Shown here piece after piece: positions 28,421 to 39,282 of a stretch of 64,000 bases of DNA (its first letter is position 1; the number at the start of each line of letters is the position of its first letter). The DNA lies in assembly GCA_965203445.1 (NCBI GenBank), contig OZ241883.1, forward strand, positions 2,112,001 through 2,176,000, given 5' to 3'. The translations under genes were made by a program, and so were the position numbers. The DNA comes from Candidatus Oxydemutator sp. Its GTDB lineage: Bacteria > Pseudomonadota > Gammaproteobacteria > Poriferisulfidales > Oxydemutatoraceae. The notes under the pieces are model-generated. The model saw nothing but the letters and a program-made list of their open reading frames with translations. It made no database searches and was not told where the DNA came from.

Positions 28421-29392
28421 ATGACGCAACCGCTCAAAATTGCGATTACCGGCGCCGCCGGGAACATCGGCTACGCGCTGATTTTCCGCGTCGCGTCCGG
28501 GCAGATGACCGGCGGGCGCCCGGTAATCCTGCACCTGATCGAGATCGAACCGATGCGCAAGGCGCTGGACGCCGTGGCCATGGAGCTGGACGATTGCGCG
28601 TTCCCGGCGCTCGCCGACCTGGTGCTGACGACCGACGTCAACCGAGGCTTCCGCGACGTGGATTTGGCGCTGCTGGTCGGTTCGAGGCCGCGCGGCAAAG
28701 GCATGGAACGCAAAGACCTGCTGCGCGTCAACGGCGAGATCTTCCGCGTGCAGGGCCGCGCTCTCGATGACAACGCGGCGCGCCGCGTGAAAGTGCTCGT
28801 CGTCGGCAATCCGGCGAACACCAACGCGCTAATAGCGGCGGCCAACGCGCCCGGCCTCGACGCGCGGCAATTCACGTGCATGACGCGGCTCGATCACAAC
28901 CGCGGCGTCGCAATGCTCGCGCACAAGCTGGGCTGCGCCCCCGCCGACGTCAAAAAAATGATTATCTGGGGCAATCACTCCTCGACGCAATTCCCCGATC
29001 CGCTGCACTGCGAAGCCGGCGGCCGCGCGGCGGCGCCCGACGCGCAATGGATCGAACAAACGTTCGTGCCCGCGGTGCAGCAGCGCGGTGCGCGCGTGAT
29101 CGAGGCGCGCGGCGCGTCGTCGGCGGCGTCGGCGGCGTCGGCGGTGATAGACCACGTGCACGACTGGATGCACGGCACGCCGCCGGGCGACTGGACCAGC
29201 ATGGGCGTCCCCGCCGACGGTTCCTACGGCGTCGCCCCGGGCGTGATGTTCTCGTACCCGGTGACGACCGAAAACGGCGACTGGCGCATCGTGCCGGAGC
29301 TTGCGCTGAACGACTTCGAGCGCGGCATGATCGCGCTGACCGAACGCGAGCTGCGCGAGGAACGCGCCGCGGTCGGCGATTTGCTCGGCTGA
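28421..29392 (+). CDS. mdh: Malate dehydrogenase (MDH type 2)
   Basis: TGAAGNIGY, MELDDCAFP, VVGNPANTN, RLDHNR, WGNHS. Confidence 0.96.
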   Translation: MTQPLKIAITGAAGNIGYALIFRVASGQMTGGRPVILHLIEIEPMRKALDAVAMELDDCAFPALADLVLTTDVNRGFRDVDLALLVGSRPRGKGMERKDLLRVNGEIFRVQGRALDDNAARRVKVLVVGNPANTNALIAAANAPGLDARQFTCMTRLDHNRGVAMLAHKLGCAPADVKKMIIWGNHSSTQFPDPLHCEAGGRAAAPDAQWIEQTFVPAVQQRGARVIEARGASSAASAASAVIDHVHDWMHGTPPGDWTSMGVPADGSYGVAPGVMFSYPVTTENGDWRIVPELALNDFERGMIALTERELREERAAVGDLLG

Positions 29393-29499
29393 GCGACGGC
29401 GCCTACCCGCGCCGGGGCGGCGTCCCGCGCAAGCGTCCTTAGAGCGACGCCGCCACGCGGTCATGAAATCGTCCGCGAAAGGGACGGCGAGGACGCCGC

Positions 29500-29949
29500 T
29501 CAGGCGATGCCGGCGCGTGAAAAATACGACAGCACGTTGCTCAAAAAATAATTGAAGCGCCATTTTGCGCCCAACCATTCACCTCGCCGGCGGCACTTGG
29601 CCTCGGCCATCGCCGCATCCGGCTGCAACGCTTCGGCCTGGCGGGTATCGTGGTAGATGCGAATCCGCAAGTGCAGGATCGGCGTCGGTGACGCGCGACC
29701 GTGGTCGCTGCAAAAGCTGCACACCAGGTTTATGGTCGTCGTATAGCGCGTGCGTCGTTGCACGCCCAGCGCCAGCAGATAGCCGTCCCTGGCGGTCACG
29801 CGACCGCTGCCCGGCTGCATGTCGAATTCCTCGCATAAGCGGTCGAGCAGGCGAAAGTTACGCCCGTAGAGCCGCATCAAACCGTCGAAATCGGCGCCCG
29901 CCCCGGCGATGCGCGCACGCCGAGCGGATACCAGCGCCGTCGCGTTCAC
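29500..29949 (-). CDS. DUF1249 (YqiB-like) protein
   Basis: LM.LY..N..LL, RYTT, RIYHD..AE, KW..N.FL pattern; start approximate. Confidence 0.7.
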   Translation of the reverse strand: MNATALVSARRARIAGAGADFDGLMRLYGRNFRLLDRLCEEFDMQPGSGRVTARDGYLLALGVQRRTRYTTTINLVCSFCSDHGRASPTPILHLRIRIYHDTRQAEALQPDAAMAEAKCRRRGEWLGAKWRFNYFLSNVLSYFSRAGIA

Positions 29950-30389
29950 GCTGCGCCCCGTCCGCACGTCCGCACCCAGCCGGCGTTCTGGTAACCGCAA
30001 GCGCACATGCAGAGGTATTGAAAATCCCGTGGCCCCACTCTGTCTCCGACAATGCAAAGCCGACGATCCTGGCCGTCGGCGAAGCGAATGCATATTTGCA
30101 GATAATAGCAAAAAACGTGCTCGACCCGAAACACCGCGACCCGCGACGCGACCCGGCGCACCCGGCACGCGACGACGCCGCGTCCCGGTTCGACTCCGAG
30201 CGCCGACACGCGCGCACGGCGCGCTACGCGGCGCCTGTACCAAGTGGCGTGCGCGAATAACGCGACACCGATGCAAATCGCGGCCGTAACCGGCATCTGC
30301 AACAGAGGCGTGACACCGAACGCCAGGCAATAGACGGCAACCAGCGCCGCGGCGGCGACGCGCGACGGCGCCAGTTCAATCCAACGCAC
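29946..30389 (-). CDS. YgfX/CptA-like inner membrane protein
   Basis: PSR followed by two TM helices, DR..P..F..L near the C-terminus; directly after sdhE as in ygfY-ygfX. Confidence 0.55.
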   Translation of the reverse strand: MRWIELAPSRVAAAALVAVYCLAFGVTPLLQMPVTAAICIGVALFAHATWYRRRVARRARVSALGVEPGRGVVACRVRRVASRVAVFRVEHVFCYYLQICIRFADGQDRRLCIVGDRVGPRDFQYLCMCACGYQNAGWVRTCGRGAA

Positions 30390-30633
30390 GGCGACCGGCG
30401 ATACGCCGGGCGACGCGGTCGAGCGCTGCGTCGTCGCCGTGCTCGCGAGCGCCGAGCAAGCGGCGGAGCTCCGGATCCGGAAGTTCCAATAATTTTTCAA
30501 ACGCCGCGCGTTCATCGGGTTGCGCCTGGTCGTAATCACGTTCGAGATAACGCGACAGCAGCAGGTCGAGTTCGCGCGTGCCTCTACGGCACAGCCAGTG
30601 TAGCCGTTTTCGGTCGGCGCCGGCGGCGGTCAC
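30376..30633 (-). CDS. sdhE: Succinate dehydrogenase assembly factor SdhE
   Basis: RL.W.CRRG.RELD.LL, F..LL..PDP.L. Confidence 0.9.
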   Translation of the reverse strand: MTAAGADRKRLHWLCRRGTRELDLLLSRYLERDYDQAQPDERAAFEKLLELPDPELRRLLGAREHGDDAALDRVARRIAGRRALD

Positions 30634-30735
30634 GTCAATCTCGCGCGCCAGCGTACGGCGCCGACGCGGGCGATGAACCAGCCGTGCCGACGAACGCGCA
30701 CGGCGCGCCGACGAAGGAACCGAACGCGGGCACCG

Positions 30736-31512
30736 TCACAAGCGGCGTGCAATCAGCAGTTTCTTGATCTCGGCGATGGCCCTGGCCGGATTCAGCCCCT
30801 TGGGACAGGCATCGGCGCAATTCATGATCGTATGGCAGCGATAGAGCCTGAAGGAATCCTCCAGCTCATCCAGGCGCTCGCCGGCGAACTCGTCGCGGCT
30901 GTCGGCGATCCAGCGGTACGCCTGGAGCAGAATCGCCGGTCCCAGGTAGCGCTCGCCGTTCCACCAGTAACTCGGGCAGCTGGTCGAGCAGCACGCGCAC
31001 AGTATGCACTCCTCCAGGCCGTCCAGTTTCTCGCGGTCCTCGAGCGACTGCAGGCGCTCGCGGTCGGGCGCCGGCGTCTGCGTGCGCATCCACGGCCGGA
31101 TCGACGCGTACTGCGCGTAGAAGTGCGTAAGATCCGGCACCAGGTCCTTGAGCACCGGCATGTGCGGCAGCGGGAACACCTTGACGTCTCCGCGCACGTC
31201 GCCGATCTCCTTAGTGCACGCCAGCGTGTTGCGCCCGGCGACGTTCATCGAGCACGACCCGCAGATGCCCTCGCGGCACGAGCGTCGGAAGGTCAGCGTC
31301 GGATCCATCTCGTTCTTGATCTTGATCAGCGCGTCGAGCACCATCGGCCCGCAATCGTCAAGGGCGACGTCGTAGGCGTCGGTGCGCGGATTCTCGCCGC
31401 CGTCGGCGTCGTAGCGATAGACGATGAAGCGCTTGACGCGCCCGGCGCCCGACGCCGGGTAATAGCGGCCTTTCTTGACTATCGAATTGGCCGGGAGTCT
31501 GAATTGCGCCAT
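30736..31512 (-). CDS. sdhB: Succinate dehydrogenase Fe-S subunit
   Basis: [29 protein letters not shown]. Confidence 0.97.
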   Translation of the reverse strand: MAQFRLPANSIVKKGRYYPASGAGRVKRFIVYRYDADGGENPRTDAYDVALDDCGPMVLDALIKIKNEMDPTLTFRRSCREGICGSCSMNVAGRNTLACTKEIGDVRGDVKVFPLPHMPVLKDLVPDLTHFYAQYASIRPWMRTQTPAPDRERLQSLEDREKLDGLEECILCACCSTSCPSYWWNGERYLGPAILLQAYRWIADSRDEFAGERLDELEDSFRLYRCHTIMNCADACPKGLNPARAIAEIKKLLIARRL

Positions 31513-31527
31513 CGCGTTCTCCGGGCC

Positions 31528-33324
31528 TTAATACACCCGCGCCTGCGGCGGGACGACCTCGACGTCGTCGGTCAACGTGCGCAGATGCACCGGGCGGTAC
31601 GCGATGTCCACGGCGCCGGACGCCTCGTCGAAGCGCAGCAGCGTGTGTTTCATCCAGCTCTCGTCGTCGCGTTCGGGATAATCGTCGCGCGCGTGCGCGC
31701 CGCGGGTTTCGAGACGGTTCAGCGCGCCCGCCACCGTGCACACCGCCTGCGGCAGCAGGTTCGCAAGTTCGAGCGTCTCGACCAGGTCGGTGTTCCAGAT
31801 CAGCGAGCGATCCGAGACGCGCACGCGCGCGAAGCGCGCGTACACGTCGCGCACCTGGGCCAGGCCGTCTTCGAGACGCTCGCCGGTGCGAAACACCGCG
31901 GCGTACGCCTGCATAATTTTCTGCATCTCGAGGCGCAGCGCCGCCGTCGGCTGGTCGCCGTCGGCGTGGCGCAGGCCGTCAAAGCGTTCGAGCGTGCGCG
32001 CGACGGCGCGCGACGGCACTGGCTGCGGCTTGCCGTGCCTGAGCCGCAGCAGTTCGGCGGCGCGCCTGGCGGCGGCGCGCCCGAACACGATCAGATCGAG
32101 CAGCGAATTGGAGCCCAGGCGGTTGGCGCCGTGCACCGACACGCACGCGGCCTCGCCGATCGCCATCAAGCCGGGAACGACGTCGTCGGGGTTGCCGTTC
32201 GTGAGTTTGACGACTTCGCCCTGGTAGTCGGTCGGAATCCCGCCCATGTTGTAATGCACCGTCGGCAGCACCGGGATCGGTTCCCTGGTGACGTCGACGC
32301 CGGCGAAAATCCGCGCCGACTCGGCGATGCCGGGCAGACGCTTGTCTATGACCTCGGCCCCCAGGTGCTCCAGGTGCAGGTGGATGTGGTCGTGCCGCGC
32401 GCCGATGCCGCGCCCCTCGTTGATCTCTATCGTCATCGAGCGGCTGACGACGTCGCGCGACGCCAGGTCCTTGGCGTTCGGCGCGTAGCGTTCCATGAAG
32501 CGCTCGCCGGCGGCGTTGGTCAGGTAACCGCCCTCGCCGCGCGCGCCCTCGGTGATCAGACAGCCGGCGCCGTAGATGCCGGTCGGATGAAACTGCACGA
32601 ACTCCAGATCTTGCAGCGGCAGGCCGGCGCGCAGCACCATGCCGTTGCCGTCGCCGGTGCAGGTGTGGGCCGAGGTGCACGAGAAATACGCGCGCCCGTA
32701 ACCGCCGGTCGCGAGCAGCACGATATGCGCGCGGAACAGGTGCAGCTTGCCGCTCGCCAGGTCCCACGCGGTGACGCCGACACACGCGCCGTCGTCGTTC
32801 ATCACCAGGTCGAGGCCGAAATATTCGATGAAAAAATCGGCGTCGTGCTTCAGCGACTGTTGATAGAGCGTGTGCAGGATGGCGTGGCCGGTGCGGTCGG
32901 CGGCGGCGCAGGTGCGCTGCGCGATACCCTTGCCTTTGTGCGTCGTCATGCCGCCGAACGGGCGCTGGTAAATGCGCCCGTCTTTGGTGCGCGAGAACGG
33001 CACGCCGTAGTGTTCGAGCTCGATGATGGACGCCGCCGCCTCCTTGCACATGTACTCTATCGCGTCCTGGTCGCCCAGCCAGTCCGAGCCTTTCACCGTG
33101 TCGTACATGTGCCAGCGCCAGTCGTCCTCGCCCATGTTGCCGAGCGCCGCGCTGATCCCGCCCTGCGCCGCCACCGTGTGGCTGCGCGTCGGAAAGACTT
33201 TGGTGATACAGGCCGTCTTCAGGCCCTCCTGCGCCATGCCGAAAGTCGCGCGCAAGCCGGCGCCGCCGGCGCCGACGACGACGACGTCATAGACGTGCTC
33301 CTCGAGATCGTACGCCTTGGCCAT
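31528..33324 (-). CDS. sdhA: Succinate dehydrogenase flavoprotein
   Basis: [38 protein letters not shown]. Confidence 0.98.
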   Translation of the reverse strand: MAKAYDLEEHVYDVVVVGAGGAGLRATFGMAQEGLKTACITKVFPTRSHTVAAQGGISAALGNMGEDDWRWHMYDTVKGSDWLGDQDAIEYMCKEAAASIIELEHYGVPFSRTKDGRIYQRPFGGMTTHKGKGIAQRTCAAADRTGHAILHTLYQQSLKHDADFFIEYFGLDLVMNDDGACVGVTAWDLASGKLHLFRAHIVLLATGGYGRAYFSCTSAHTCTGDGNGMVLRAGLPLQDLEFVQFHPTGIYGAGCLITEGARGEGGYLTNAAGERFMERYAPNAKDLASRDVVSRSMTIEINEGRGIGARHDHIHLHLEHLGAEVIDKRLPGIAESARIFAGVDVTREPIPVLPTVHYNMGGIPTDYQGEVVKLTNGNPDDVVPGLMAIGEAACVSVHGANRLGSNSLLDLIVFGRAAARRAAELLRLRHGKPQPVPSRAVARTLERFDGLRHADGDQPTAALRLEMQKIMQAYAAVFRTGERLEDGLAQVRDVYARFARVRVSDRSLIWNTDLVETLELANLLPQAVCTVAGALNRLETRGAHARDDYPERDDESWMKHTLLRFDEASGAVDIAYRPVHLRTLTDDVEVVPPQARVY

Positions 33325-33336
33325 GCTGCGGCGCGG

Positions 33337-33714
33337 CTATCCGAAAGCAATGCCGACGAGCGCGGCGAGCGCGGCGACGGCGAGCAGTAGCACGACGAAA
33401 TCCACCAGCACGATGGCCGCGACCTTGAGCCATCCGGCGTGGACGTAATCCTCGACGATCACGCGCAGGCCCAGTTCCATGTGCCACAAGACGACGAGCG
33501 CCAGGGTCATCGCCAAAACCGCGACCAGCGGATTCTGCAACCACGCAACCAGGGCGGCGTGGCCGAGGTCGGGCAACATCGCGACGGAAAAGGCGCCCCA
33601 CGGCACCAGCGGCACCAGAAACGCCGACGTCAGGCGCTGCCTCCACCAATGACCGGCGCCGTCCTTGGCCGAACCCAGGCCGCGCGCCCGCGACAGCGGC
33701 GTGCGCAGACTCAC
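33337..33714 (-). CDS. sdhD: Succinate dehydrogenase membrane anchor
   Basis: GLGSAKDG..HWW.QR.T, H..LGL.VI.EDYVH. Confidence 0.92.
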   Translation of the reverse strand: MSLRTPLSRARGLGSAKDGAGHWWRQRLTSAFLVPLVPWGAFSVAMLPDLGHAALVAWLQNPLVAVLAMTLALVVLWHMELGLRVIVEDYVHAGWLKVAAIVLVDFVVLLLAVAALAALVGIAFG

Positions 33715-34112
33715 GCCGCCGTCCCCCGCGCCCACAACGCGCCCCCCCAGGTCAACGCGGTCAGCGCCAGCGTCGCGGCAAGCACCCACAACGAGGTGCG
33801 ATAGGCGGTGACCACGCCGAAACCCAGGCCGGCGTCCCAGAACAGGTGACGGACGCCGTTGCACAGATGGAAATACAAGGCTGCGGTCCACAGAACCAGC
33901 AAAGTCTGCCCCCACCACGCGGACAACAGACCGCGCACGTGCTCGTAGAGCGCAGCGTCGGTGGCGGCGGCCACCAGGATACCGGTCAGCGGCACCGCGC
34001 CGAGCGCCAGGACGACGCCGGTGAGACGGTGCGCGATGGACAGCAGCGCCGTCAACGGCAAGCGGTACACCTGCAAGTGCGGCGACAGCGGTGGCGGATC
34101 GAGTCGGGACAT
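33711..34112 (-). CDS. sdhC: Succinate dehydrogenase cytochrome b556
   Basis: PLSPHLQVYR, SIAHRLTG, H.CNGVRHLFWD. Confidence 0.93.
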   Translation of the reverse strand: MSRLDPPPLSPHLQVYRLPLTALLSIAHRLTGVVLALGAVPLTGILVAAATDAALYEHVRGLLSAWWGQTLLVLWTAALYFHLCNGVRHLFWDAGLGFGVVTAYRTSLWVLAATLALTALTWGGALWARGTAA

Positions 34113-34359
34113 AGAAAGATATTGTACGGGACGCCGGGGTTGCGCCCGCGGCAAATGCAGCCTGAGGCCTTGGCACGCCGTCGGTTACCGCCCCTCACCG
34201 CAAGCCATTCTACCCAGCCACGGTGCGATAGACAACCGCGTGTATCGGACCACCACGTTCTCGACAAACGGGGAAACCGCCGCGCGACCGCCTCGCGTGC
34301 GGCCCCGCTCCGACCGAAGCAGGGAAAGACTCATCTGCGGTATAGTACGGAAGTGGCCG

Positions 34360-34436
34360 GCCCCGGTGGCACAACTGGATAGCGCGTCCCCCTCCTAAGG
34401 GGAAGGTTGCAGGTTCGAACCCTGCCCGGGGCGCCA
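34360..34436 (+). tRNA. tRNA-Arg (anticodon CCT)
   Basis: Acceptor GCCCCGG/CCGGGGC, anticodon arm TCCCC-CTCCTAA-GGGGA, GGTTCGAAC T-loop, encoded CCA. Confidence 0.92.
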
Positions 34437-34437
34437 C

Positions 34438-35280
34438 TCACGCGGCTTGCAGCGACCGTTTTTGCGCCCGCCGCCGCAGCAGTTCGGCCGCGCCTATCAG
34501 CAACACCGAGAACAAAATCAGCAGCGTGGCCACGGCCAGAATGGTCGGGCTGATTTGTTCGTTCAAGCCGGCCCACATCTGGCGCGGAATCGTGCGCTGC
34601 TCGAAACCGGCGAGAAGCAGCACGACGACGACCTCGTCGAATGACGTCGCGAACGCGAACAAGCCGCCGGCGAAGATGCCCGGCGCGATCTGCGGCGCGG
34701 TCACGCGGAAAAAAGCGCGCAGCGGCGGCGCGCCCAGGCTCACCGCCGCGCGCGGCAGCGCCGGGTCGAGGCGCGCCAGGGCCGCGCTCACCGTGATTAC
34801 GACGAACGGCGAACCGAGCACCGTGTGCGCCAGCACCAGGCCGGTCAGCGTCTGGCCCAGGCGCACCGACGAGTAGAAGAAGAACATGCCGACCGCGGAA
34901 ATGATGATCGGCACGACGATCGGCGAGATCAGGATGCTCATGATCAAGGTCTTGCCGGGAAAGCGCGGCCGGTCGAGACCGACCGCGGCCGCGGTGCCGA
35001 GCGTCACCGACAGCAGCGTCGCAAAAAAACCGACGATTATGCTGTTTTTCATCGCCAGCAGCCACTGCGGGTTGTCGGCGATGTCGCGATACCAGCGCAG
35101 CGAAAACGCCTCCGGCTGTAACGTCAACATTTCGCGCGTGAACGTGAAATACGGTTCGGCGTTGAACGACAACGGCACGATCACGATCAGCGGCAGCGTC
35201 AGAAACGCGAACACCAGGCCGCAGATCGCGCGAAACAGACAACGACCGGCGCGCGGGCCGGTGCGCGCGGCGGCGATCAC
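34438..35280 (-). CDS. Polyamine-type ABC permease (PotC-like)
   Basis: SLRWY, six TM helices, FATSFDEVV, TIPRQM; SPTILAVAT. Confidence 0.88.
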   Translation of the reverse strand: MIAAARTGPRAGRCLFRAICGLVFAFLTLPLIVIVPLSFNAEPYFTFTREMLTLQPEAFSLRWYRDIADNPQWLLAMKNSIIVGFFATLLSVTLGTAAAVGLDRPRFPGKTLIMSILISPIVVPIIISAVGMFFFYSSVRLGQTLTGLVLAHTVLGSPFVVITVSAALARLDPALPRAAVSLGAPPLRAFFRVTAPQIAPGIFAGGLFAFATSFDEVVVVLLLAGFEQRTIPRQMWAGLNEQISPTILAVATLLILFSVLLIGAAELLRRRAQKRSLQAA

Positions 35281-36608
35281 GCCATCCTCATCTTGTCTAT
35301 GCCGACCAGCTTGTGGTAGCACCAGTAGATCAGCAGCACCATCGCCAGCAGGATCGCACCCAGCGCCGACGCCAAACCCCAGTTCAGCGAAGTCTGGACG
35401 TGGTAGGTGATGAAATTGCTGATCAACTGGCCGCTCTGGCCGCCGACCAGCGCCGGCGTCACGAAATAACCGACCGCCAACATGAACACCAGCAGGCAAC
35501 CGGCGCCGATGCCGGGCAAGGCCTGCGGTAGATAGACGCGCGCGAACGAGGTCAACGGCGTCGCCCCCAGCGATACCGCGACCCGCGTCAGCGAGCGCGG
35601 AATCCTTCGCATCACGCTGTACAGCGGCAGCACCATGAACGGCAGCAGCACGTAGGTCATCGCAACGACGGTGCCGATCTGGTTGAATACCAGCTGCGGG
35701 CGCGCGTCGTCGGCGACGACGCCCAACCACACCAGGACGTCGTTGATCACGCCGTTCGACTGCAACAGTACGATCCAGCTCGTGGTCCTGACCAGCAACG
35801 AAGTCCAGAACGGCAACAACACCATGATCATCAGCCAGTTGCTCAGACGCGCCGGCAAACCCGCCATCAGGTACGAGATCGGAAAACCCAGCAACAGGCA
35901 CAACGCCGTGACCGCGGCGCTGATCCACAACGTGCGCAGGAAAATTTTGACGTAGATGCGCTTATCCTCGGGCTGGCGCGCGACGTCGCCGGCGGCGTCG
36001 TAGCGCAGGTCGAGCGCCGCCAGATAATTGGCCGCGGTATATTTGCCGGAGGCGGCCTTCATCGCCGCCCACGTCTCGTTGTCCGCCCAGCGCCGGTCGA
36101 GCGTCGCCAGCCACGCGGTGCACGGCGCGCGCACGGCGCGCTCAAGACGCCGTGCGGTTCTGCTAAGCAGGCTGCGCATACCGCTCAACTTGTGGTTGAG
36201 ATGATTGGCGACGCGTCCGGCGGTGCGCTCGGCGCGCGCCGTGCGCAGCTCCGCAACGAAGGCCGCGCACAGGTCCTCGCCGGGCAGCCCGGCACCATCC
36301 CAAAGCGCGAGCGCCGCCGCGGTGCGCGGCATGTAGGTTCGCAGCGTCGAGTCATCCACGCTGCGGAACAGAACGTCGCCGATCGGCAGAACGTAGGTGA
36401 TGACCAGGAAAAGCAGCAGCGGCGCGACCAGCAGCATGGCACGCACGCGGTGGACGCCGGCGGCGACGCCGCGCACAAGGTGTTGGCGACGATCGGCGGT
36501 GCTCCGTTCGGGTTCGGTCAGCCCGACGGCGTGCGCCGCCGCGTACGCGGCCTCGAATTCGACCGCGCGTCGCAGGTCGGCTTGCGGCGGCTTAGTCGCT
36601 TTGTCCAC
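35277..36608 (-). CDS. Polyamine-type ABC permease (PotB-like, long form)
   Basis: LLPFWTSLLVRT, LPFMVLPLYS, TPALVGG. Confidence 0.88.
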   Translation of the reverse strand: MDKATKPPQADLRRAVEFEAAYAAAHAVGLTEPERSTADRRQHLVRGVAAGVHRVRAMLLVAPLLLFLVITYVLPIGDVLFRSVDDSTLRTYMPRTAAALALWDGAGLPGEDLCAAFVAELRTARAERTAGRVANHLNHKLSGMRSLLSRTARRLERAVRAPCTAWLATLDRRWADNETWAAMKAASGKYTAANYLAALDLRYDAAGDVARQPEDKRIYVKIFLRTLWISAAVTALCLLLGFPISYLMAGLPARLSNWLMIMVLLPFWTSLLVRTTSWIVLLQSNGVINDVLVWLGVVADDARPQLVFNQIGTVVAMTYVLLPFMVLPLYSVMRRIPRSLTRVAVSLGATPLTSFARVYLPQALPGIGAGCLLVFMLAVGYFVTPALVGGQSGQLISNFITYHVQTSLNWGLASALGAILLAMVLLIYWCYHKLVGIDKMRMA

Positions 36609-36638
36609 GGCGGCGCGGCGCGATCCGCGCGCGGCGCG

Positions 36639-37814
36639 CTAACGCGCGAGCCACGTGGCGAGGCGCTCGGTCATCTCATCCTCATAGTCGGCCCACCACT
36701 CGTAGTCGCTTTCGAGCACGTTCTTGAAATGCTCCGGCGTGGTCGGCATGTGCGGTTTCATGTCCGCGCCGGTCTCGGCGTGGGTCGAAAGCCTCTTCAT
36801 CGAGGAGTGGCGCGCCGGACCATAAGAGATATAGCGCGCCTGGTCGGCCAGGCGCTTGGAGTCGCTTGCGAATTTGACGTAGGCGAGCGCCTGCTCGTAG
36901 CGCGGCGTGCCTTTGACGATGGCGTACAGGTTCTTGTACCAGACCTGCTTGTCCCAAACGATGACGAAGGGCTTTTGCTCCTTGTTCCACGCGTTGAAGA
37001 TGCGCCCGTTGTACGCGGTCACCATCGCCGCCTCGCCGTTGGCCAGCATCTGCACCGGCTGCGAACCGGCTTCCCACCAGATGGTATGCTCCTTGATGGT
37101 GTCGAGCTTGGCAAACGCCCGTCGCAGACCGGCGTCGGTGGACAGGGTGGAATAGACCTCGTCCACCGGCACGCCGTCGGCCATCAACGCGAATTCGAGC
37201 GTAGACCGCGGCGATTTTCTCAGCGCGCGCTTGCCGGGAAATTTCTTCAGATCGAAGAAGTCCTCCAGGCGCGAAGGCTTTTGATCGCGAAAACGGCTTT
37301 CGTCGTATGCAAAAATCGTGGACCAGACGATCAACGGCACGCCGCATTCGGAATATTGCATCTCCGCCAGGAAGTCCTCCTCGGCCGGGGTGCCGTCGGG
37401 CGCCGGCGGAAACGTCCCCAGGTCCACCGGCTCGAGCAGCCCCTCTTCGCAACCGCGCGTGACGCTCGCCAGCGACATGTCCACGACGTCCCAGGTAACG
37501 TTGCCCGACTGTACCTGCACCTGCACCTCGGCAAGTCCGCCGTTGTAGTCCTCGGCATTGACGCGCACGCCGGTCTCGGCCGTGTAAGGCTCGTGATAGG
37601 CCTTGATCTGGCTATACGAGTAGGCGCCGCCGAACGACACCACCGTCAGCGCGTCTTTCGCGGCCATCGCCGTCGGCGCCGCCAGCGCCGTCGCCAACGA
37701 GAATGGGATTGCGAGAGGGACGGCCGCGAGTCGGCGCCGCAACGCACGACGTGCCGTGCACGCGGCAATCCTCGCCGCGCCAACCAATCCTGATCGCGGG
37801 TCTGATTCCCACAT
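36639..37814 (-). CDS. ABC transporter periplasmic binding protein (PotD/F-like); start uncertain
   Basis: Signal peptide, LTVVSFGG.Y, WDVVD, FPGKRAL, YNGR. Confidence 0.88.
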   Translation of the reverse strand: MWESDPRSGLVGAARIAACTARRALRRRLAAVPLAIPFSLATALAAPTAMAAKDALTVVSFGGAYSYSQIKAYHEPYTAETGVRVNAEDYNGGLAEVQVQVQSGNVTWDVVDMSLASVTRGCEEGLLEPVDLGTFPPAPDGTPAEEDFLAEMQYSECGVPLIVWSTIFAYDESRFRDQKPSRLEDFFDLKKFPGKRALRKSPRSTLEFALMADGVPVDEVYSTLSTDAGLRRAFAKLDTIKEHTIWWEAGSQPVQMLANGEAAMVTAYNGRIFNAWNKEQKPFVIVWDKQVWYKNLYAIVKGTPRYEQALAYVKFASDSKRLADQARYISYGPARHSSMKRLSTHAETGADMKPHMPTTPEHFKNVLESDYEWWADYEDEMTERLATWLAR

Positions 37815-37998
37815 TTCACCGGTCTCCATCGTCAGGGCGCTTCCAGGACGTGCATTGCCGCGGCATTGTAGCAGCCGCCGTCGCAACTTATCAACGCCTT
37901 GTATGGGCCGCCGCATACCGGCCAAATGGAGGAACCGCGGCGCGACCGCCTCGCATGGGGTGACGTACGCCGATCGGACGCCGCTTTTTGTATCCCGT

Positions 37999-39086
37999 TC
38001 ACGCGCCGAAGACGCGGCAATCCTTCAGCTGCCAGCCCACCTCGACGGTCTGTCCGACTTGTACGTTCCATTTGTCCGCGCCATTGGGATATTTGGCGAA
38101 CAATTGCTCCATCCCGCCGAGAGTGACGACGGCGCGCACGCTGTCGCCGAGATACGACAACTCGCTGACGCACCCCTGCACGACGTTGACGCAATCGTCG
38201 CCAGGATGAAACGACACCCGCTCCGGACGCACCGCCAACGACACGCGCCCGGCGTCGGCGGCGAGGTCTATCGGCAGCCCCCGCAGGCGATTGCCGCCGT
38301 CGGTCTCGACTACGCAGCTGTCCCCGTGAAGGTGCAAAAGTTTCCCGGAAAGCAGATTGTTGTCGCCGATGAAAGCGGCGGTGAACGCGTTGGCCGGATG
38401 CTCGTAAATCGAGTCCGGCGAGGCTATCTGCTGAATCCTGCCGTCGTTGAACACCGCGACCCGGTTCGACAGCGCCAACGCCTCGCCCTGGTCGTGGGTA
38501 ACGTAGATCACGGTCAAGCCAAGCTTCTCGTGCAGGTTTTTGATCTCGTATTGCATGTGCTCGCGCAACTGTCTGTCGAGCGCCCCCAGCGGTTCGTCCA
38601 TCAGCACCAGCGTCGGCCGGAAGATCAACGCGCGCGCGAGCGCCACGCGCTGCTGCTGGCCGCCGGAAAGCCCGGCCGGATAGCGCCCGCCTAGCGCCGA
38701 CAAGTGCACCATGTCGAGCGCCTCGGCAACGCGTTTTTTTATCTCGGCCTTGTTCATGCCGCGCACTTGCAGCGGGAACGCCAGATTGGCGGCCACCGTC
38801 ATGTGCGGAAACAAGGCGTAGTTCTGAACACCAAGCCGATGCCGCGCTTATGCGGCGGAATATGGTTGACGCGCACGCCGCGAATCAGGATCTCGCCGTG
38901 CGTGACCTCCTCGAAACCGGCGAGCATCATCAGGCAGGTGGTCTTACCGGAACCCGACGGCCCCAGCAACGTCAGGAACTCGCCCTCGTACACCTCGAGG
39001 TCGAGGTCATCCACTACCCACGACTGTTTGTCGTAGCTCTTGGAAACTCCGCGAAAATGGACGCAGACTTCGGACACGTCAGGCAC
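37999..39086 (-). pseudogene. PotA-like ABC ATPase split by a 1-nt frameshift near 38826
   Basis: Walker A GPSGSGKT in ORF 38799-39086; LSGGQQQR and DEPLGALD in ORF 37999-38814; VFQNYALFPH restored by adding one base at GTG TTC AGA AC. Confidence 0.85.
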
Positions 39087-39282
39087 GCACGAAAGCGGCG
39101 CCGGAGCGGCGCCTGCGGCAGGCGCCCGACGACGTTGCCGTCGCGCTCGTACGCTTCGACGCCGCGCGCATCCGCGTTCAGTTGCCCACCGCCGCGCACG
39201 TGTTGCGCAAGCGGCGTTCGAGCGTCGTCACGCGCCCGTGCGGTTCGTGCCCCGGCATCGGCAGATCCTCGTCAAAAATTCA

